DNA of 38,414 bases from Flavobacteriales bacterium (lineage in GTDB: Bacteria; Bacteroidota; Bacteroidia; Flavobacteriales_D; Sanyastnellaceae). A model generated the notes under the pieces. The model was given only the letters and a program-made list of their open reading frames with translations, was not told where the DNA came from and searched no databases. The stretch is from the NCBI GenBank assembly GCA_049416245.1, contig JBMSHA010000001.1:1-38414 (forward strand), written 5' to 3'. Position numbers and translations under genes: made by a program. Shown piece by piece: positions 8,243 to 18,165 of this stretch (positions within the stretch are counted from its first letter, which is position 1; each line of letters starts with the position of its first letter).

Positions 8243-10711
8243 ATGGCGAAGACAACGCGCAAACCCTCCAAGAAAGCGGCCCCGCCCAAGTTTACCCGGC
8301 AAAAGGTATGGATGTGGCTTATCGGATTGGGACCACTCATGGGCCTAGCGGCGCTGGTGATCCTGGCTTCGATGCGCACGTTGCCCGATACGGAGGCGTT
8401 GGCCAACCCCAAAACGGATTTGGCGACTCGCGTATTTACCTCGGATGGTAAGCTCATTGGCCGTTATTATTCCGAAAACCGTGCGGATGCGCGCTTCGAT
8501 GAACTTCCGCAAAACCTGGTCGATGCGCTGATCAGCACGGAAGATGCACGTTTCTCAGGACACAGTGGAATTGATTTCATTGGTTTGGCCCGGGCGATAG
8601 CATTCTTGGGAAGCCGAGGTGGTGGAAGTACACTGACGCAGCAATTGGCCAAGCAGCTGTTTACGGAGCAATACGATCGGACGAGTTGGTTGGAGCGAGC
8701 GTTTCTTCAAAAGCCCAAAGAATGGATCATTGCTGCGCGCCTCGAGCGGTTTTACACCAAGGATGAAATTGTTGCGCTCTATCTAAACCGCTACGATTTC
8801 TTGAACCAAGCGGTGGGCATCAAATCCGCGGCCAATATTTACTTTGATAAGGAGGTCCATGAACTGGAATTGCATGAATCGGCCATGCTGGTGGGCATGC
8901 TGAAGAACAGCTCATTGTTCAATCCCTTGCGGCGTCCTGAGTTAGTGCAATCACGTCGAAACGTAGTTTTCGGTCAGCTCGAGCGGTACGGGAAAATCAC
9001 GGAAGCCGAGGCGGATTCGCTTTCCGAATTGCCATTGGGTCTGCATTTTCAGCGCGTCAGTCATGATGAAGGCTTGGCGCCGTATTTCCGTGAGGCATTG
9101 CGCGCCGAATTGAAGGAATTGTTCAACACCCAAGACGCCAACGGCCAATGGAAAGTGGCCAAAGCAGACGGTTCGCCCTACGACCTCTACCGGGACGGAA
9201 TCCAAGTGCACACCACCTTAGACAGCCGATTGCAGGCCGCCGCCGAAGTGGCCGTTCATCGTCATTTGGGCGAAGAACTGCAGGCCACACTGAATCGGGA
9301 TTTGAAAAGCCGCAGCAAATCCGAATGGCCATTTTACGCAGGCATCGAGCGAAAAGATCGGGACATGATCATCAACTCGGCGGTGAAACAAAGTCAGCGG
9401 TATCGGGTGTACGCGGGTAAGTTTTGTCCGGAATGCGAACGGCCGGGCTTTTACATTGAGGCAAAGGAGGATTCTACAGGCAGGCTCTGGCATTGCGATG
9501 AAGAGAAAGGGGGCTGCAGCCACACCTGGCATCGGCCGAAGGACAAAGAAATCGACGAAGCCTTCAAGAAAAAGGTTCCGATGCGGGTCTTCACCCATGC
9601 CGGTGTTCGGGATACCGTCATGAGTCCCATGGATTCTATTCTCTACCACAAAAGCCTCCTGCACGCGGGGTTGATGTCGATTGAGCCGAGTACGGGCCAC
9701 ATCAAAGCCTGGGTCGGAGGCGTGGATTACCGTTTTTTCAAATACGATAACGTTTCCCAGTCGCGTCGGCAAGTGGGGTCGATTTTTAAGCCATTCGTTT
9801 ATGCGACGGCGTTGCGCTACGGAATGCAGCGGTGCACGGAGCTCCCAAATCAGCGCATCTGCGTCGAGATGCCGGGAGATCAGCCGGATTGGTGTCCCGA
9901 TAATTCGGACTTTGAGTACGGCGAGGTGGTTACGTTGGAATACGCCTTGGCCAATTCCATGAACACGATTTCTGCCAAACTCATCAAGGAGTTTGGACCG
10001 GAGCGGGTGATTCAGTTGGCTCGCGCATTGGGCATCGAATCGGACATCCCTGCCGTGCCTTCGATTGCATTGGGCGCGTCCCAGCTCACGCTGAAGGAAA
10101 TCACCTCGGCCAATGCGGCACTGGTGAATGGCGGGGTGTACATCAAACCGACCATCATCACCCGCATTGAGGACAAATACGGCAACGTCATTTGGACACC
10201 GGAGCCGGAGCTTCGCCAGGGATTGGACAAACGGACGGCCTATACAGTGGTGGATATGATGAAGGGTGTCGTTGACGGTGCCTACAACCCCAAAACCGGT
10301 GAGCGCAAAGGCACGGGAATCCGTTTGCGGATGGACATTGAGCGTCGGAAATACGACAACATCAAAGTCCCAATGGCCGGTAAAACCGGAACGACCCAGG
10401 GACACTCCGACGGCTGGTTCATGGGGATGACCCCGGATTTGGTAACCGGTGTATGGGTCGGGGCGGAGGATCCCGCGGTTCGATTCAGCACCATCACCAA
10501 CGGACAAGGCGCGAACACCGCATTGCCGATTTACGGGTTCTACATGAACGCGGCATATGCGGATGAGCGCATCGGATTGAGCCAATCCGATTTTGAACGG
10601 CCAGAAGGAATGGGATTGGATTCGTTGGATTGCCGTCAATTGATGGAGCTCAATCAGGCAACCTTTGGCGGAAGCGGTGCGGGATTTGATGACGGCGATT
10701 TGTTTCAATGA
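8243..10711 (+). CDS. mrcA: Bifunctional penicillin-binding protein 1A (GT51 transglycosylase + transpeptidase)
   Basis: GT51 motifs EDARFSGHSGID and GGSTLTQQLAK. Transpeptidase motifs SIFKPFVY (SxxK), SMN (SxN) and KTGTT. The ATG at 8243 (MAKTTRKPSKK + TM helix) is preferred over the GTG at 8174. Confidence 0.9.
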   Translation: MAKTTRKPSKKAAPPKFTRQKVWMWLIGLGPLMGLAALVILASMRTLPDTEALANPKTDLATRVFTSDGKLIGRYYSENRADARFDELPQNLVDALISTEDARFSGHSGIDFIGLARAIAFLGSRGGGSTLTQQLAKQLFTEQYDRTSWLERAFLQKPKEWIIAARLERFYTKDEIVALYLNRYDFLNQAVGIKSAANIYFDKEVHELELHESAMLVGMLKNSSLFNPLRRPELVQSRRNVVFGQLERYGKITEAEADSLSELPLGLHFQRVSHDEGLAPYFREALRAELKELFNTQDANGQWKVAKADGSPYDLYRDGIQVHTTLDSRLQAAAEVAVHRHLGEELQATLNRDLKSRSKSEWPFYAGIERKDRDMIINSAVKQSQRYRVYAGKFCPECERPGFYIEAKEDSTGRLWHCDEEKGGCSHTWHRPKDKEIDEAFKKKVPMRVFTHAGVRDTVMSPMDSILYHKSLLHAGLMSIEPSTGHIKAWVGGVDYRFFKYDNVSQSRRQVGSIFKPFVYATALRYGMQRCTELPNQRICVEMPGDQPDWCPDNSDFEYGEVVTLEYALANSMNTISAKLIKEFGPERVIQLARALGIESDIPAVPSIALGASQLTLKEITSANAALVNGGVYIKPTIITRIEDKYGNVIWTPEPELRQGLDKRTAYTVVDMMKGVVDGAYNPKTGERKGTGIRLRMDIERRKYDNIKVPMAGKTGTTQGHSDGWFMGMTPDLVTGVWVGAEDPAVRFSTITNGQGANTALPIYGFYMNAAYADERIGLSQSDFERPEGMGLDSLDCRQLMELNQATFGGSGAGFDDGDLFQ

Positions 10712-10726
10712 TTAACAAAAAGTGAG

Positions 10727-11437
10727 ATGGCGATTTCAAAAGTGGTAACCGGCAGCATGGAGGCTTGTAAAGGCATTCAGAGCGGCATGACCCTGATGCT
10801 CGGCGGTTTCGGGTTATGCGGAATTCCCGAATGCAGCATCGCGGAATTGGTGCGATTGGAAGTGAACGATTTAACGTGCATCTCCAACAATGCTGGCGTC
10901 GATGATTTTGGACTCGGATTGCTGTTGCAAAAGCGACAAATCCGCAAGATGATCTCCTCATACGTGGGGGAGAATGACGAATTTGAGCGCCAAATGCTCA
11001 GCGGTGAACTGGAAGTGGATTTGATTCCTCAGGGATCGCTGGCAGAGCGATGTCGAGCGGGAGGGGCAGGCATTCCGGCGTTTTTCACCCCGGCCGGTTT
11101 TGGAACGGAAGTGGCCGAGGGCAAAGAAGTGCGCCATTTCAACGGGAAGCCGCACATTTTGGAGTCCGCACTCACCGCAGATTTTGCGTTTGTCAAAGCC
11201 TGGAAGGGAGATACAGCCGGCAACTTGATCTACAAGGCGACCGCGCGCAACTTCAACCCCATGATGGCCATGGCCGGGAAAATCACCGTCGCCGAAGTGG
11301 AGGAATTGGTGCCGGAAGGCAGCCTCGACCCGAACTCCATCCATACACCGGGAATCTTCGTTCAGCGCATTTTCCAAGGTGACCGGTATGAAAAGCGCAT
11401 CGAACAGCGCACCGTACGAACCCCTCAAACCGCCTGA
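10727..11437 (+). CDS. scoA: 3-oxoacid (succinyl-CoA:acetoacetate) CoA-transferase subunit A
   Basis: Nearly colinear with B. subtilis ScoA: [62 protein letters not shown]. Confidence 0.85.
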   Translation: MAISKVVTGSMEACKGIQSGMTLMLGGFGLCGIPECSIAELVRLEVNDLTCISNNAGVDDFGLGLLLQKRQIRKMISSYVGENDEFERQMLSGELEVDLIPQGSLAERCRAGGAGIPAFFTPAGFGTEVAEGKEVRHFNGKPHILESALTADFAFVKAWKGDTAGNLIYKATARNFNPMMAMAGKITVAEVEELVPEGSLDPNSIHTPGIFVQRIFQGDRYEKRIEQRTVRTPQTA

Positions 11438-11439
11438 TC

Positions 11440-12096
11440 ATGTTGGATAAAAACGGAATCGCTAAGCGCATTGCCCAAGAAGTTCGGGATGGTTGGTATG
11501 TAAACTTGGGAATTGGCATCCCGACACTTGTAGCGAATTTTATTCCGGAAGGAATGGAAGTCGAATTCCAATCTGAAAACGGTATTTTGGGGATGGGGCC
11601 CTTTCCTTTTGAAGGAGACGAAGACGCGGATCTGATCAATGCGGGCAAACAAACCATCACGGCCATGCCGGGTGCAGTTTTCTTCGACAGCGCCACTTCA
11701 TTTGCGATGATTCGGGGCCAACACGTTCAACTCACCGTACTCGGTGCCATGGAGGTGGCTCAAAATGGGGACATCGCAAACTGGAAAATCCCGGGAAGAA
11801 TGGTGAAGGGAATGGGGGGTGCCATGGACCTCGTGGCCAGCGCCGAAAACATCATCGTGGCAATGATGCACACGAACCGAGCTGGCGAATCCAAGATGCT
11901 CGAAGCGTGTTCACTCCCGCTCACGGGTGTGGGTTGTGTCAAGCGAGTGGTGACGAACTTGGCCGTGCTCGACATTCGGGACGGCGCATTCCATTTAGTC
12001 GAACGCGCTCCGGGGGTGACTGTTGACGAAATCGTTGCGGCAACCGCAGGAAAGCTCGTGGTCCCGGCGGAAGTGCCGGAGATGCGCATCGACTGA
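11440..12096 (+). CDS. scoB: 3-oxoacid CoA-transferase subunit B
   Basis: Catalytic-Glu motif [11 protein letters not shown]. Starts 3 nt after the scoA stop. 218 aa, typical for subunit B. Confidence 0.85.
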   Translation: MLDKNGIAKRIAQEVRDGWYVNLGIGIPTLVANFIPEGMEVEFQSENGILGMGPFPFEGDEDADLINAGKQTITAMPGAVFFDSATSFAMIRGQHVQLTVLGAMEVAQNGDIANWKIPGRMVKGMGGAMDLVASAENIIVAMMHTNRAGESKMLEACSLPLTGVGCVKRVVTNLAVLDIRDGAFHLVERAPGVTVDEIVAATAGKLVVPAEVPEMRID

Positions 12097-12107
12097 ATTT
12101 GGCCTGA

Positions 12108-13625
12108 TCAACCTAGAGCCGCGACGCCTGAGCGCAATCGATTGAGCGTTTCTTCTTTGCCTAAGAACGCGGCAAAATCAAACATGGATGGTCCGCCACC
12201 TGTTCCGGTCAACACAATTCGGAAAGGCAACAATACCGCTCCAAACCCGAGTTCACGAGCTTCGAGAAACGCTTTAAATTCAGACTCAATGGTCGCGGAA
12301 TCGAAGGATTCAATCCCTCCGAGAACAGCCGCCAAATCAGTCAAATAGCCCGCAGTCTCCGCCTTCCATTTCTTCTTCACCAATTTCTCGTCGAATTCCG
12401 TTGGCGGTTCGAAAACATATTTAATCGCCGGGATTTCGTGCAAGAATTGGACCCGTTCCAAGAACATGTCAAGCACGCATTGGCATTGGTTATCGCTCCA
12501 TTGGGCCATTTTTTCCGGAGCCAATTCGCGCAACGGTGCAATCCAACGCGAGGTGTCGCCGGCGCGGAGGTATTGCTCATTGAACCAAACCGCTTTGTCT
12601 GGATTGAACCGCGCACCGGACTTGACCACGCGCGCGAGGTCAAAAGCCTCCACCGCTTCCTCCAAATTGAATAACTCCTCTTCGCCGCCGCTGCTCCAAC
12701 CGAGCAACAACAGCATGTTCAGAAAAGCCTCCGGCAAATAGCCCCGTTCCCGGTAGCCCATGGAAACAGAGCCGGAGGCCGGGTCGGTCCATTCCAAAGG
12801 AAAGATGGGGAAGCCGCCTTTGTCGCCGTCTCGTTTGCTCAATTTACCGTTTCCAGTAGGCTTCAAAATCAGCGGCAAATGGGCGAAAGCCGGGGAATTC
12901 CAACCAAATGCCTCATACAATAACACGTGCAGAGGCGCGCTTGGCAACCACTCTTCACCCCGGATGACGTGGCTGATTTGCATGTGGTGATCGTCGACCA
13001 CATTGGCCAAATGATAGGTCGGTAGGCCGTCGGTCTTCATGAGAACTTTGTCGTCTAGGACTGATGTGGAAACGCGTATTTCACCGCGTATTTCATCCTG
13101 AACGAGCACGTCGCGCGCTGTTTCTGGCATTTTGAATCGGACCGTGAAGGGGGCGCCTGCGGCTTCGAGTGCCGAGACTTCTTCTGCGCTCAGGGACAAG
13201 CTGTTGCGCATGGACAGCCGGGTCGTTGCATCATATTGCCAAACCGTTCCCGCGGCCTCCGCCTCTGAGCGCTTTTCGGCCATGGATTCGGAGGTGTCAA
13301 ACGCTTTGTACGCATGACCGCTTTCGAGCAGCTTCGCGGTTTCACGAGCGTAGAGTTCACTTCGATGAGATTGTTTGTAAGGGCCAAAATCTCCACCTTC
13401 TGCATCGCCTTCATCTGGTGAAATCCCACACCAAGCTAGCGATTCGCGAATGTAGTCTTCGGCACCGGGCACGAAACGCGTTTGATCGGTGTCTTCGACA
13501 CGCAAAATGAAGGTTCCGCCGTTTTTCTTGGCAAAGAGGTAATTGTACAGTGCCGTGCGGACTCCACCCATGTGGAGGGGCCCTGTTGGGCTGGGGGCAA
13601 ATCGAACGCGAATGGGTTGGCTCAT
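12108..13625 (-). CDS. gltX: Glutamate--tRNA ligase
   Basis: RFAPSPTGPLHMGGVRTALYNY (HIGH-type motif), KLSKR (KMSKS-type motif), 505 aa. Confidence 0.95.
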   Translation of the reverse strand: MSQPIRVRFAPSPTGPLHMGGVRTALYNYLFAKKNGGTFILRVEDTDQTRFVPGAEDYIRESLAWCGISPDEGDAEGGDFGPYKQSHRSELYARETAKLLESGHAYKAFDTSESMAEKRSEAEAAGTVWQYDATTRLSMRNSLSLSAEEVSALEAAGAPFTVRFKMPETARDVLVQDEIRGEIRVSTSVLDDKVLMKTDGLPTYHLANVVDDHHMQISHVIRGEEWLPSAPLHVLLYEAFGWNSPAFAHLPLILKPTGNGKLSKRDGDKGGFPIFPLEWTDPASGSVSMGYRERGYLPEAFLNMLLLLGWSSGGEEELFNLEEAVEAFDLARVVKSGARFNPDKAVWFNEQYLRAGDTSRWIAPLRELAPEKMAQWSDNQCQCVLDMFLERVQFLHEIPAIKYVFEPPTEFDEKLVKKKWKAETAGYLTDLAAVLGGIESFDSATIESEFKAFLEARELGFGAVLLPFRIVLTGTGGGPSMFDFAAFLGKEETLNRLRSGVAALG

Positions 13626-13747
13626 AGCGGCGCAAAGATAGGCTTCGGACGGTTGTGAAATGGCGCGTCTCGCTCGTCAAACTAGCCGTTTCAGATACGG
13701 GTAGTTCGAAGGAGCGGGGACAAGTTTGTCATCACAAATAACAACCA

Positions 13748-14101
13748 ATGAATGCACTGAGAAATAAGGTCCAATTGATTGGACGGCTGGGGAAGGACCC
13801 CGAATTAATGAGCTTCGAAGAGGGCAAAGTGAAATGCACTTTTCCGGTGGCGACCAATGAATCTTTCCGCAATGGTGAAGGTGAACGTGTGGAGCGAACC
13901 CAATGGCACGATGTGGTGACTTGGGGGGCGCTTGCGGAGATCGCGGGTCAATACCTGAAAAAGGGCGCAGAAGTTGCCATCGAAGGCCGATTGGCGTATC
14001 GGACGTACGAGGATTCCGAGGGGCATACGCGTTATGTGACCGAGGTCGTGGCGGGAGAGATGCTGATGCTCGACCGGAAACCAACAACGTCTGAGGGCTG
14101 A
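13748..14101 (+). CDS. ssb: Single-stranded DNA-binding protein, short form without acidic C-terminal tip
   Basis: OB-fold signature NKVQLIGRLGKDPEL...FPVATNE...TQWHDVVTWG.LAEIAGQYLKKGAEVAIEGRL.YRTYED..G..RYVTEVV. Ends ...DRKPTTSEG. Confidence 0.8.
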   Translation: MNALRNKVQLIGRLGKDPELMSFEEGKVKCTFPVATNESFRNGEGERVERTQWHDVVTWGALAEIAGQYLKKGAEVAIEGRLAYRTYEDSEGHTRYVTEVVAGEMLMLDRKPTTSEG

Positions 14102-14107
14102 TGGGCA

Positions 14108-14140
14108 GGGGGCGAGAATGCGTTCTCGTCCCCATTTCTT
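14108..14140 (+). terminator. Rho-independent terminator after ssb
   Basis: GGGGGCGAGAA-TGCG-TTCTCGTCCCC forms an 11-bp stem (one G.U pair) with a 4-nt loop, followed by ATTTCTT. It begins 7 nt after the ssb stop. Confidence 0.6.
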
Positions 14141-14202
14141 CAATTGAATCCCGGCAAAGTGCAGTTCTGGCAACTTCCGTTGGTAGCCGGTTCCGGAGGC
14201 GT

Positions 14203-14210
14203 TAACTTTG
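14203..14210 (+). promoter_or_regulatory. Candidate Bacteroidota-type -7 promoter box for sdhCAB
   Basis: TAACTTTG fits TAnnTTTG exactly, 26 nt upstream of the sdhC ATG and downstream of the ssb terminator. Confidence 0.35.
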
Positions 14211-14235
14211 AAGTCTCTAAATGTAGCCTCACCCC

Positions 14236-14934
14236 ATGAGCAACTCCGGAATTTTGAAATCTTCGCTAGCGAAGAAATACGTGATGGCCTTGACGGGTCT
14301 TTTTCTTTGCCTGTTTTTGGTGGGTCATCTCGCCGGAAATCTCCAACTTTTGCTGAAGACAGGAGCTGAAGGCCAACAGGCCTTTAACGAATATGCAGAA
14401 TTCATGACCACGTTTCCGTTGGTTAAAATTTTGAGCTACCTGACGTATGCGAGTGTTTTGTTCCATGTGATCGACGGCGTTGCGTTGACGATGCAAAATC
14501 GAAAAGCGCGCCCGGTAGGTTATGTGAAAGAAAATGGAGCGGCCAACGCCAAGTGGTCGAGCCGCAACATGGGCATCCTGGGCACGATCATTCTCGTCTT
14601 CCTCGTGAGCCACATGCAGAATTTTTGGTACCAAATGCATTTCGGAGACATTCCTATGGATGCCAACGGACTGAAGGATTTGCATACAGTGGTGATGCGA
14701 TTTTTCAACCCTGTGGAGAACGGTTTGGCTCTCGTAGCGGTTGGGGGATATGTCTTGGCTCAATTCGCGCTTGCGTTCCATTTGTCACACGGATTTCAAA
14801 GCGGCTTCCAATCGCTTGGATTGCGCCATGCGAAATACACAGGCATGGTAGAGAAGGCGGGGCTTGCTTTTGCGCTCCTCGTTCCGGCATTGTTTGCCAT
14901 CATTCCTATCACTCTTTATATCACTCAATTGTAA
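14236..14934 (+). CDS. sdhC: Succinate dehydrogenase / fumarate reductase cytochrome b subunit (b558 family)
   Basis: 232 aa with five hydrophobic helices and conserved His residues, immediately upstream of sdhA/sdhB. Confidence 0.85.
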   Translation: MSNSGILKSSLAKKYVMALTGLFLCLFLVGHLAGNLQLLLKTGAEGQQAFNEYAEFMTTFPLVKILSYLTYASVLFHVIDGVALTMQNRKARPVGYVKENGAANAKWSSRNMGILGTIILVFLVSHMQNFWYQMHFGDIPMDANGLKDLHTVVMRFFNPVENGLALVAVGGYVLAQFALAFHLSHGFQSGFQSLGLRHAKYTGMVEKAGLAFALLVPALFAIIPITLYITQL

Positions 14935-14946
14935 TCGAAGACCGTC

Positions 14947-16944
14947 ATGCTCGAATCTAAAATTCCATCGGGACCTTTAGCGGATAAGTGGACTTCGCAC
15001 AAGAATCACATCAACCTCGTGAATCCTGCGAACAAGCGGTTGATTGATGTCATTGTGGTAGGCACAGGCCTGGCGGGTAGTTCCGCAGCGGCTTCATTGG
15101 CAGAAATGGGTTATAACGTTAAAGCGTTTTGTTTCCAGGATTCCCCGCGTCGCGCTCACTCCATTGCTGCGCAAGGCGGAATCAACGCTGCGAAGAATTA
15201 CCAAAATGATGGTGACTCGGTCTATCGCTTGTTTTACGATACGATCAAAGGAGGCGACTACCGGAGTAGAGAGGCGAATGTGCATCGTTTAGCCGAAGTT
15301 TCCACGAGCATCATCGACCAATGCGTGGCACAAGGTGTTCCCTTCGCTCGTGAATACGGGGGGTTGCTCGACAACCGAAGTTTTGGAGGGGTCCAGGTGT
15401 CCCGGACTTTCTATGCGAAGGGCCAAACCGGGCAGCAATTGTTGCTCGGTGCATATTCAGCATTGAGCCGACAAATTTCCAAAGGCAAGGTGCAAATGTT
15501 CACCCGTCATGAAATGATGGATGTGGTGATTGTGGATGGAAAATGCCGCGGCATTATCGCAAGAAATTTGATTACCGGAGAGCTTGAGCGCCATGCGGCG
15601 CATGCTGTCGTATTGGCTTCTGGCGGATATGGAAACGTGTTTTACCTGAGCACAAACGCCATGGGATCGAACGTTTCGGCGGCATGGAAAGCGCATAAAA
15701 AAGGCGCCTTCATGGCGAACCCATGTTTTACGCAGATTCACCCCACATGCATTCCGGTGTCGGGGGAGCATCAATCGAAGTTGACTTTGATGTCCGAGTC
15801 GTTGCGCAATGACGGCCGAATTTGGGTGCCTGCAAAAAAGGAAGATGCGGAGGCAATTCGCAAAGGCACCAAACGTGCAAATGACATCCCAGAGGCGGAC
15901 CGCGACTATTACCTCGAACGCCGTTATCCGGCTTTCGGAAACCTCGTTCCGCGGGACGTGGCTTCACGTGCCGCGAAGGAGCGCTGTGATGCCGGATTCG
16001 GCGTGAACGAAACGGGCGAGGCGGTTTTCCTCGATTATGCCAGTGCCATCCAACGCTACGGCAAGACCGAGGCGAATATCCGTGGATTGAATAATCCTTC
16101 GGCCGCCGAGATCACCGATCTCGGAAAGCAGGTTGTCAAGGCCAAATACGGCAACCTCTTCGATATGTACAAGCAAATCGCGGCGGACGATCCCTATGAA
16201 ACCCCCATGAAAATTTATCCGGCGGTGCATTACACCATGGGTGGATTGTGGGTGGATTACAATTTGATGACCACAGTTCCTGGCTTGTATGCTGCGGGGG
16301 AAGCGAATTTCTCGGATCACGGAGCAAACCGATTGGGAGCGTCGGCACTAATGCAAGGATTGGCAGACGGGTATTTCGTTCTGCCATACACCATCGGCGA
16401 CTACTTGTCCAATGACATCCGCTCTGGAGCCATCACTTCAGATTCGCCTGAATTTGAGGCGGCAGAGAAGAGTGTGCAAGACCGCATCGACCATTTGATC
16501 AACAACCCAGGCACCAAGCCAGTGGATGATTTTCACCGTCGGCTCGGGCGCATCATGTGGAACGAATGTGGCATGTCCCGCAGCGAGGAAGGATTGAAAA
16601 AAGCCATCGCGGATATTCGCGCGCTTCGAGAAGAATTTTACCGGGATGTCCGCGTTCCAGGTTCTGCCGATGGGTTTAACCCGGAATTGGATAAAGCCGG
16701 TCGTGTTGCGGACTTGTTGGAATTGGGCGAGCTTATGTGCAAGGATGCGCTGGAGCGAAATGAATCGTGCGGCGGTCACTTCCGGGAGGAATACCAAACA
16801 GAGGAAGGCGAGGCCCTGCGCGACGATGAACAATTCGCCTTTGTATCGGCTTGGGAGTTTACGGGTGATCCGAGTGAGGCCAACCTTCATAAGGAGGAAT
16901 TGAAGTTTGAAAACATTGAGTTGAAGCAGCGCAGCTACAAATAA
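14947..16944 (+). CDS. sdhA: Succinate dehydrogenase / fumarate reductase flavoprotein subunit
   Basis: FAD-binding [26 protein letters not shown] (covalent-FAD His), HPT..., [16 protein letters not shown]. Confidence 0.95.
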   Translation: MLESKIPSGPLADKWTSHKNHINLVNPANKRLIDVIVVGTGLAGSSAAASLAEMGYNVKAFCFQDSPRRAHSIAAQGGINAAKNYQNDGDSVYRLFYDTIKGGDYRSREANVHRLAEVSTSIIDQCVAQGVPFAREYGGLLDNRSFGGVQVSRTFYAKGQTGQQLLLGAYSALSRQISKGKVQMFTRHEMMDVVIVDGKCRGIIARNLITGELERHAAHAVVLASGGYGNVFYLSTNAMGSNVSAAWKAHKKGAFMANPCFTQIHPTCIPVSGEHQSKLTLMSESLRNDGRIWVPAKKEDAEAIRKGTKRANDIPEADRDYYLERRYPAFGNLVPRDVASRAAKERCDAGFGVNETGEAVFLDYASAIQRYGKTEANIRGLNNPSAAEITDLGKQVVKAKYGNLFDMYKQIAADDPYETPMKIYPAVHYTMGGLWVDYNLMTTVPGLYAAGEANFSDHGANRLGASALMQGLADGYFVLPYTIGDYLSNDIRSGAITSDSPEFEAAEKSVQDRIDHLINNPGTKPVDDFHRRLGRIMWNECGMSRSEEGLKKAIADIRALREEFYRDVRVPGSADGFNPELDKAGRVADLLELGELMCKDALERNESCGGHFREEYQTEEGEALRDDEQFAFVSAWEFTGDPSEANLHKEELKFENIELKQRSYK

Positions 16945-16953
16945 TCGATCGAC

Positions 16954-17703
16954 ATGGATTTGACATTGAAAGTTTGGAGACAGAACGGACCGAAGGACGC
17001 GGGCCGCATAGAAACGTACCCTGTCAGTGGTGTGAGCCCGGACATGTCGTTCTTGGAAATGATGGACATGTTGAATGACCAAATCATCCGGGATGGCGGA
17101 GATCCTGTCGCATTTGACCACGATTGCCGGGAGGGAATCTGTGGAATGTGCTCCATGTTCATCAACGGTGAAGCGCACGGTCCCAATCGGGGCGTAACCA
17201 CATGCCAACTCCACATGCGGTCGTTTAAGGACGGCGACACCATCACCATTGAACCGTGGCGCGCTGCAGCGTTTCCGGTTGTGAAGGATTTGGCCGTGGA
17301 TCGAAGCAGCTTTGACCGGGTGATCCAAGCGGGGGGTTACATTTCGGTCAACACTTCCGGTGAGACCCTTGATGCCAATGCCATTCCGATTCCCAAACCT
17401 CAAGCGGACGAGGCGTTCAATGCTGCGACATGCATCGGCTGTGGCGCTTGCGTCGCGACGTGCAAGAACGCGTCGGCCATGCTGTTCGTTTCAGCCAAGG
17501 TGTCCCAATTTGCCTTGTTACCCCAAGGTCAACCTGAGCGTGCTTCCCGTGTGCAGCGCATGGTGGAACAAATGGACAAAGAGGGATTTGGAAACTGCAC
17601 CAATACGGGCGCATGCGCGGTGGAATGCCCCAAGGGAATTGACCTCAGCAACATCGCTCGAATGAATCGCGACTATTTAGCGGCCTCCGTTTCGGAGGAC
17701 TGA
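16954..17703 (+). CDS. sdhB: Succinate dehydrogenase / fumarate reductase iron-sulfur subunit
   Basis: 2Fe-2[10 protein letters not shown]...C, and 4Fe-4S/3Fe-4S clusters [11 protein letters not shown] and [12 protein letters not shown]. Confidence 0.95.
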   Translation: MDLTLKVWRQNGPKDAGRIETYPVSGVSPDMSFLEMMDMLNDQIIRDGGDPVAFDHDCREGICGMCSMFINGEAHGPNRGVTTCQLHMRSFKDGDTITIEPWRAAAFPVVKDLAVDRSSFDRVIQAGGYISVNTSGETLDANAIPIPKPQADEAFNAATCIGCGACVATCKNASAMLFVSAKVSQFALLPQGQPERASRVQRMVEQMDKEGFGNCTNTGACAVECPKGIDLSNIARMNRDYLAASVSED

Positions 17704-17783
17704 ACGTTCGCCATCCGGCATACTTGGCTTCTTTTGGCGAGCCGCGCCGTATGGAATCACGGAATAATCCGTACTTTCAACCT

Positions 17784-18155
17784 ATGAAACACATAATTTT
17801 GCTAATGGTATTTGCCACCTTGACTCTCGCAGCCACGGCTCAGAAAAAGGCAGAAATCCAATTCGAAGTGAGTGGGGTGTGTGGGATGTGCGAAGAACGA
17901 ATTGAAAAGTCATTGGATGTTCCAGGCATCATCAATGCCCAATGGGATAAGGAAACAAAGAAGATTACCGTCGCATACAAGACGAAACTAATCGATGAGA
18001 TGGCCATCCATCAGCGTATTGCGGATGCTGGTCATGATACCGAAAAGGTAAAGGCAACGGATGAGGTCTATGCCAACATCCACGGATGCTGCAAATACCG
18101 TGAAGGTGGCGGAAGCTGCTCAGGGGAAGACCACGACCACGATCACGACCATTAG
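17784..18155 (+). CDS. Exported heavy-metal-associated (HMA) domain protein with Cys/His/Asp-rich C-terminal tail
   Basis: Signal peptide MKHIILLMVFATLTLAATAQ from the ATG at 17784; the track ORF starts at 17724. HMA metal site VSGVCGMCEERIEKSL (CxxC). Tail CCKYREGGGSCSGEDHDHDHDH. Confidence 0.75.
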   Translation: MKHIILLMVFATLTLAATAQKKAEIQFEVSGVCGMCEERIEKSLDVPGIINAQWDKETKKITVAYKTKLIDEMAIHQRIADAGHDTEKVKATDEVYANIHGCCKYREGGGSCSGEDHDHDHDH

Positions 18156-18165
18156 TAGTTGAATC

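Noticed and set aside
9218-10708. 496-aa minus-strand ORF inside PBP1A. Similar long antisense ORFs occur at 16438..17403, 18982..19950, 25798..26805, 30036..31082, 34096..35145, 35692..36462 and 36934..37761.
   Set aside because: Each lies fully inside, or straddles, a well-supported gene on the other strand. For the PBP1A case I checked that it uses the codon-aligned antisense frame. The products are Arg/Gly/His-rich with no motifs, typical shadow ORFs of moderately GC-rich DNA.
18126-18152. GACCAC/GATCAC hexanucleotide tandem repeat, and the GTCGTT x3 repeat at about 2941-2958
   Set aside because: Both are in-frame coding repeats. The first encodes the HDHDHDH tail of the HMA protein and the second an NDNDND loop of the first TonB receptor. 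They are not non-coding repeat elements or CRISPR-like arrays, though their length could vary by slippage.
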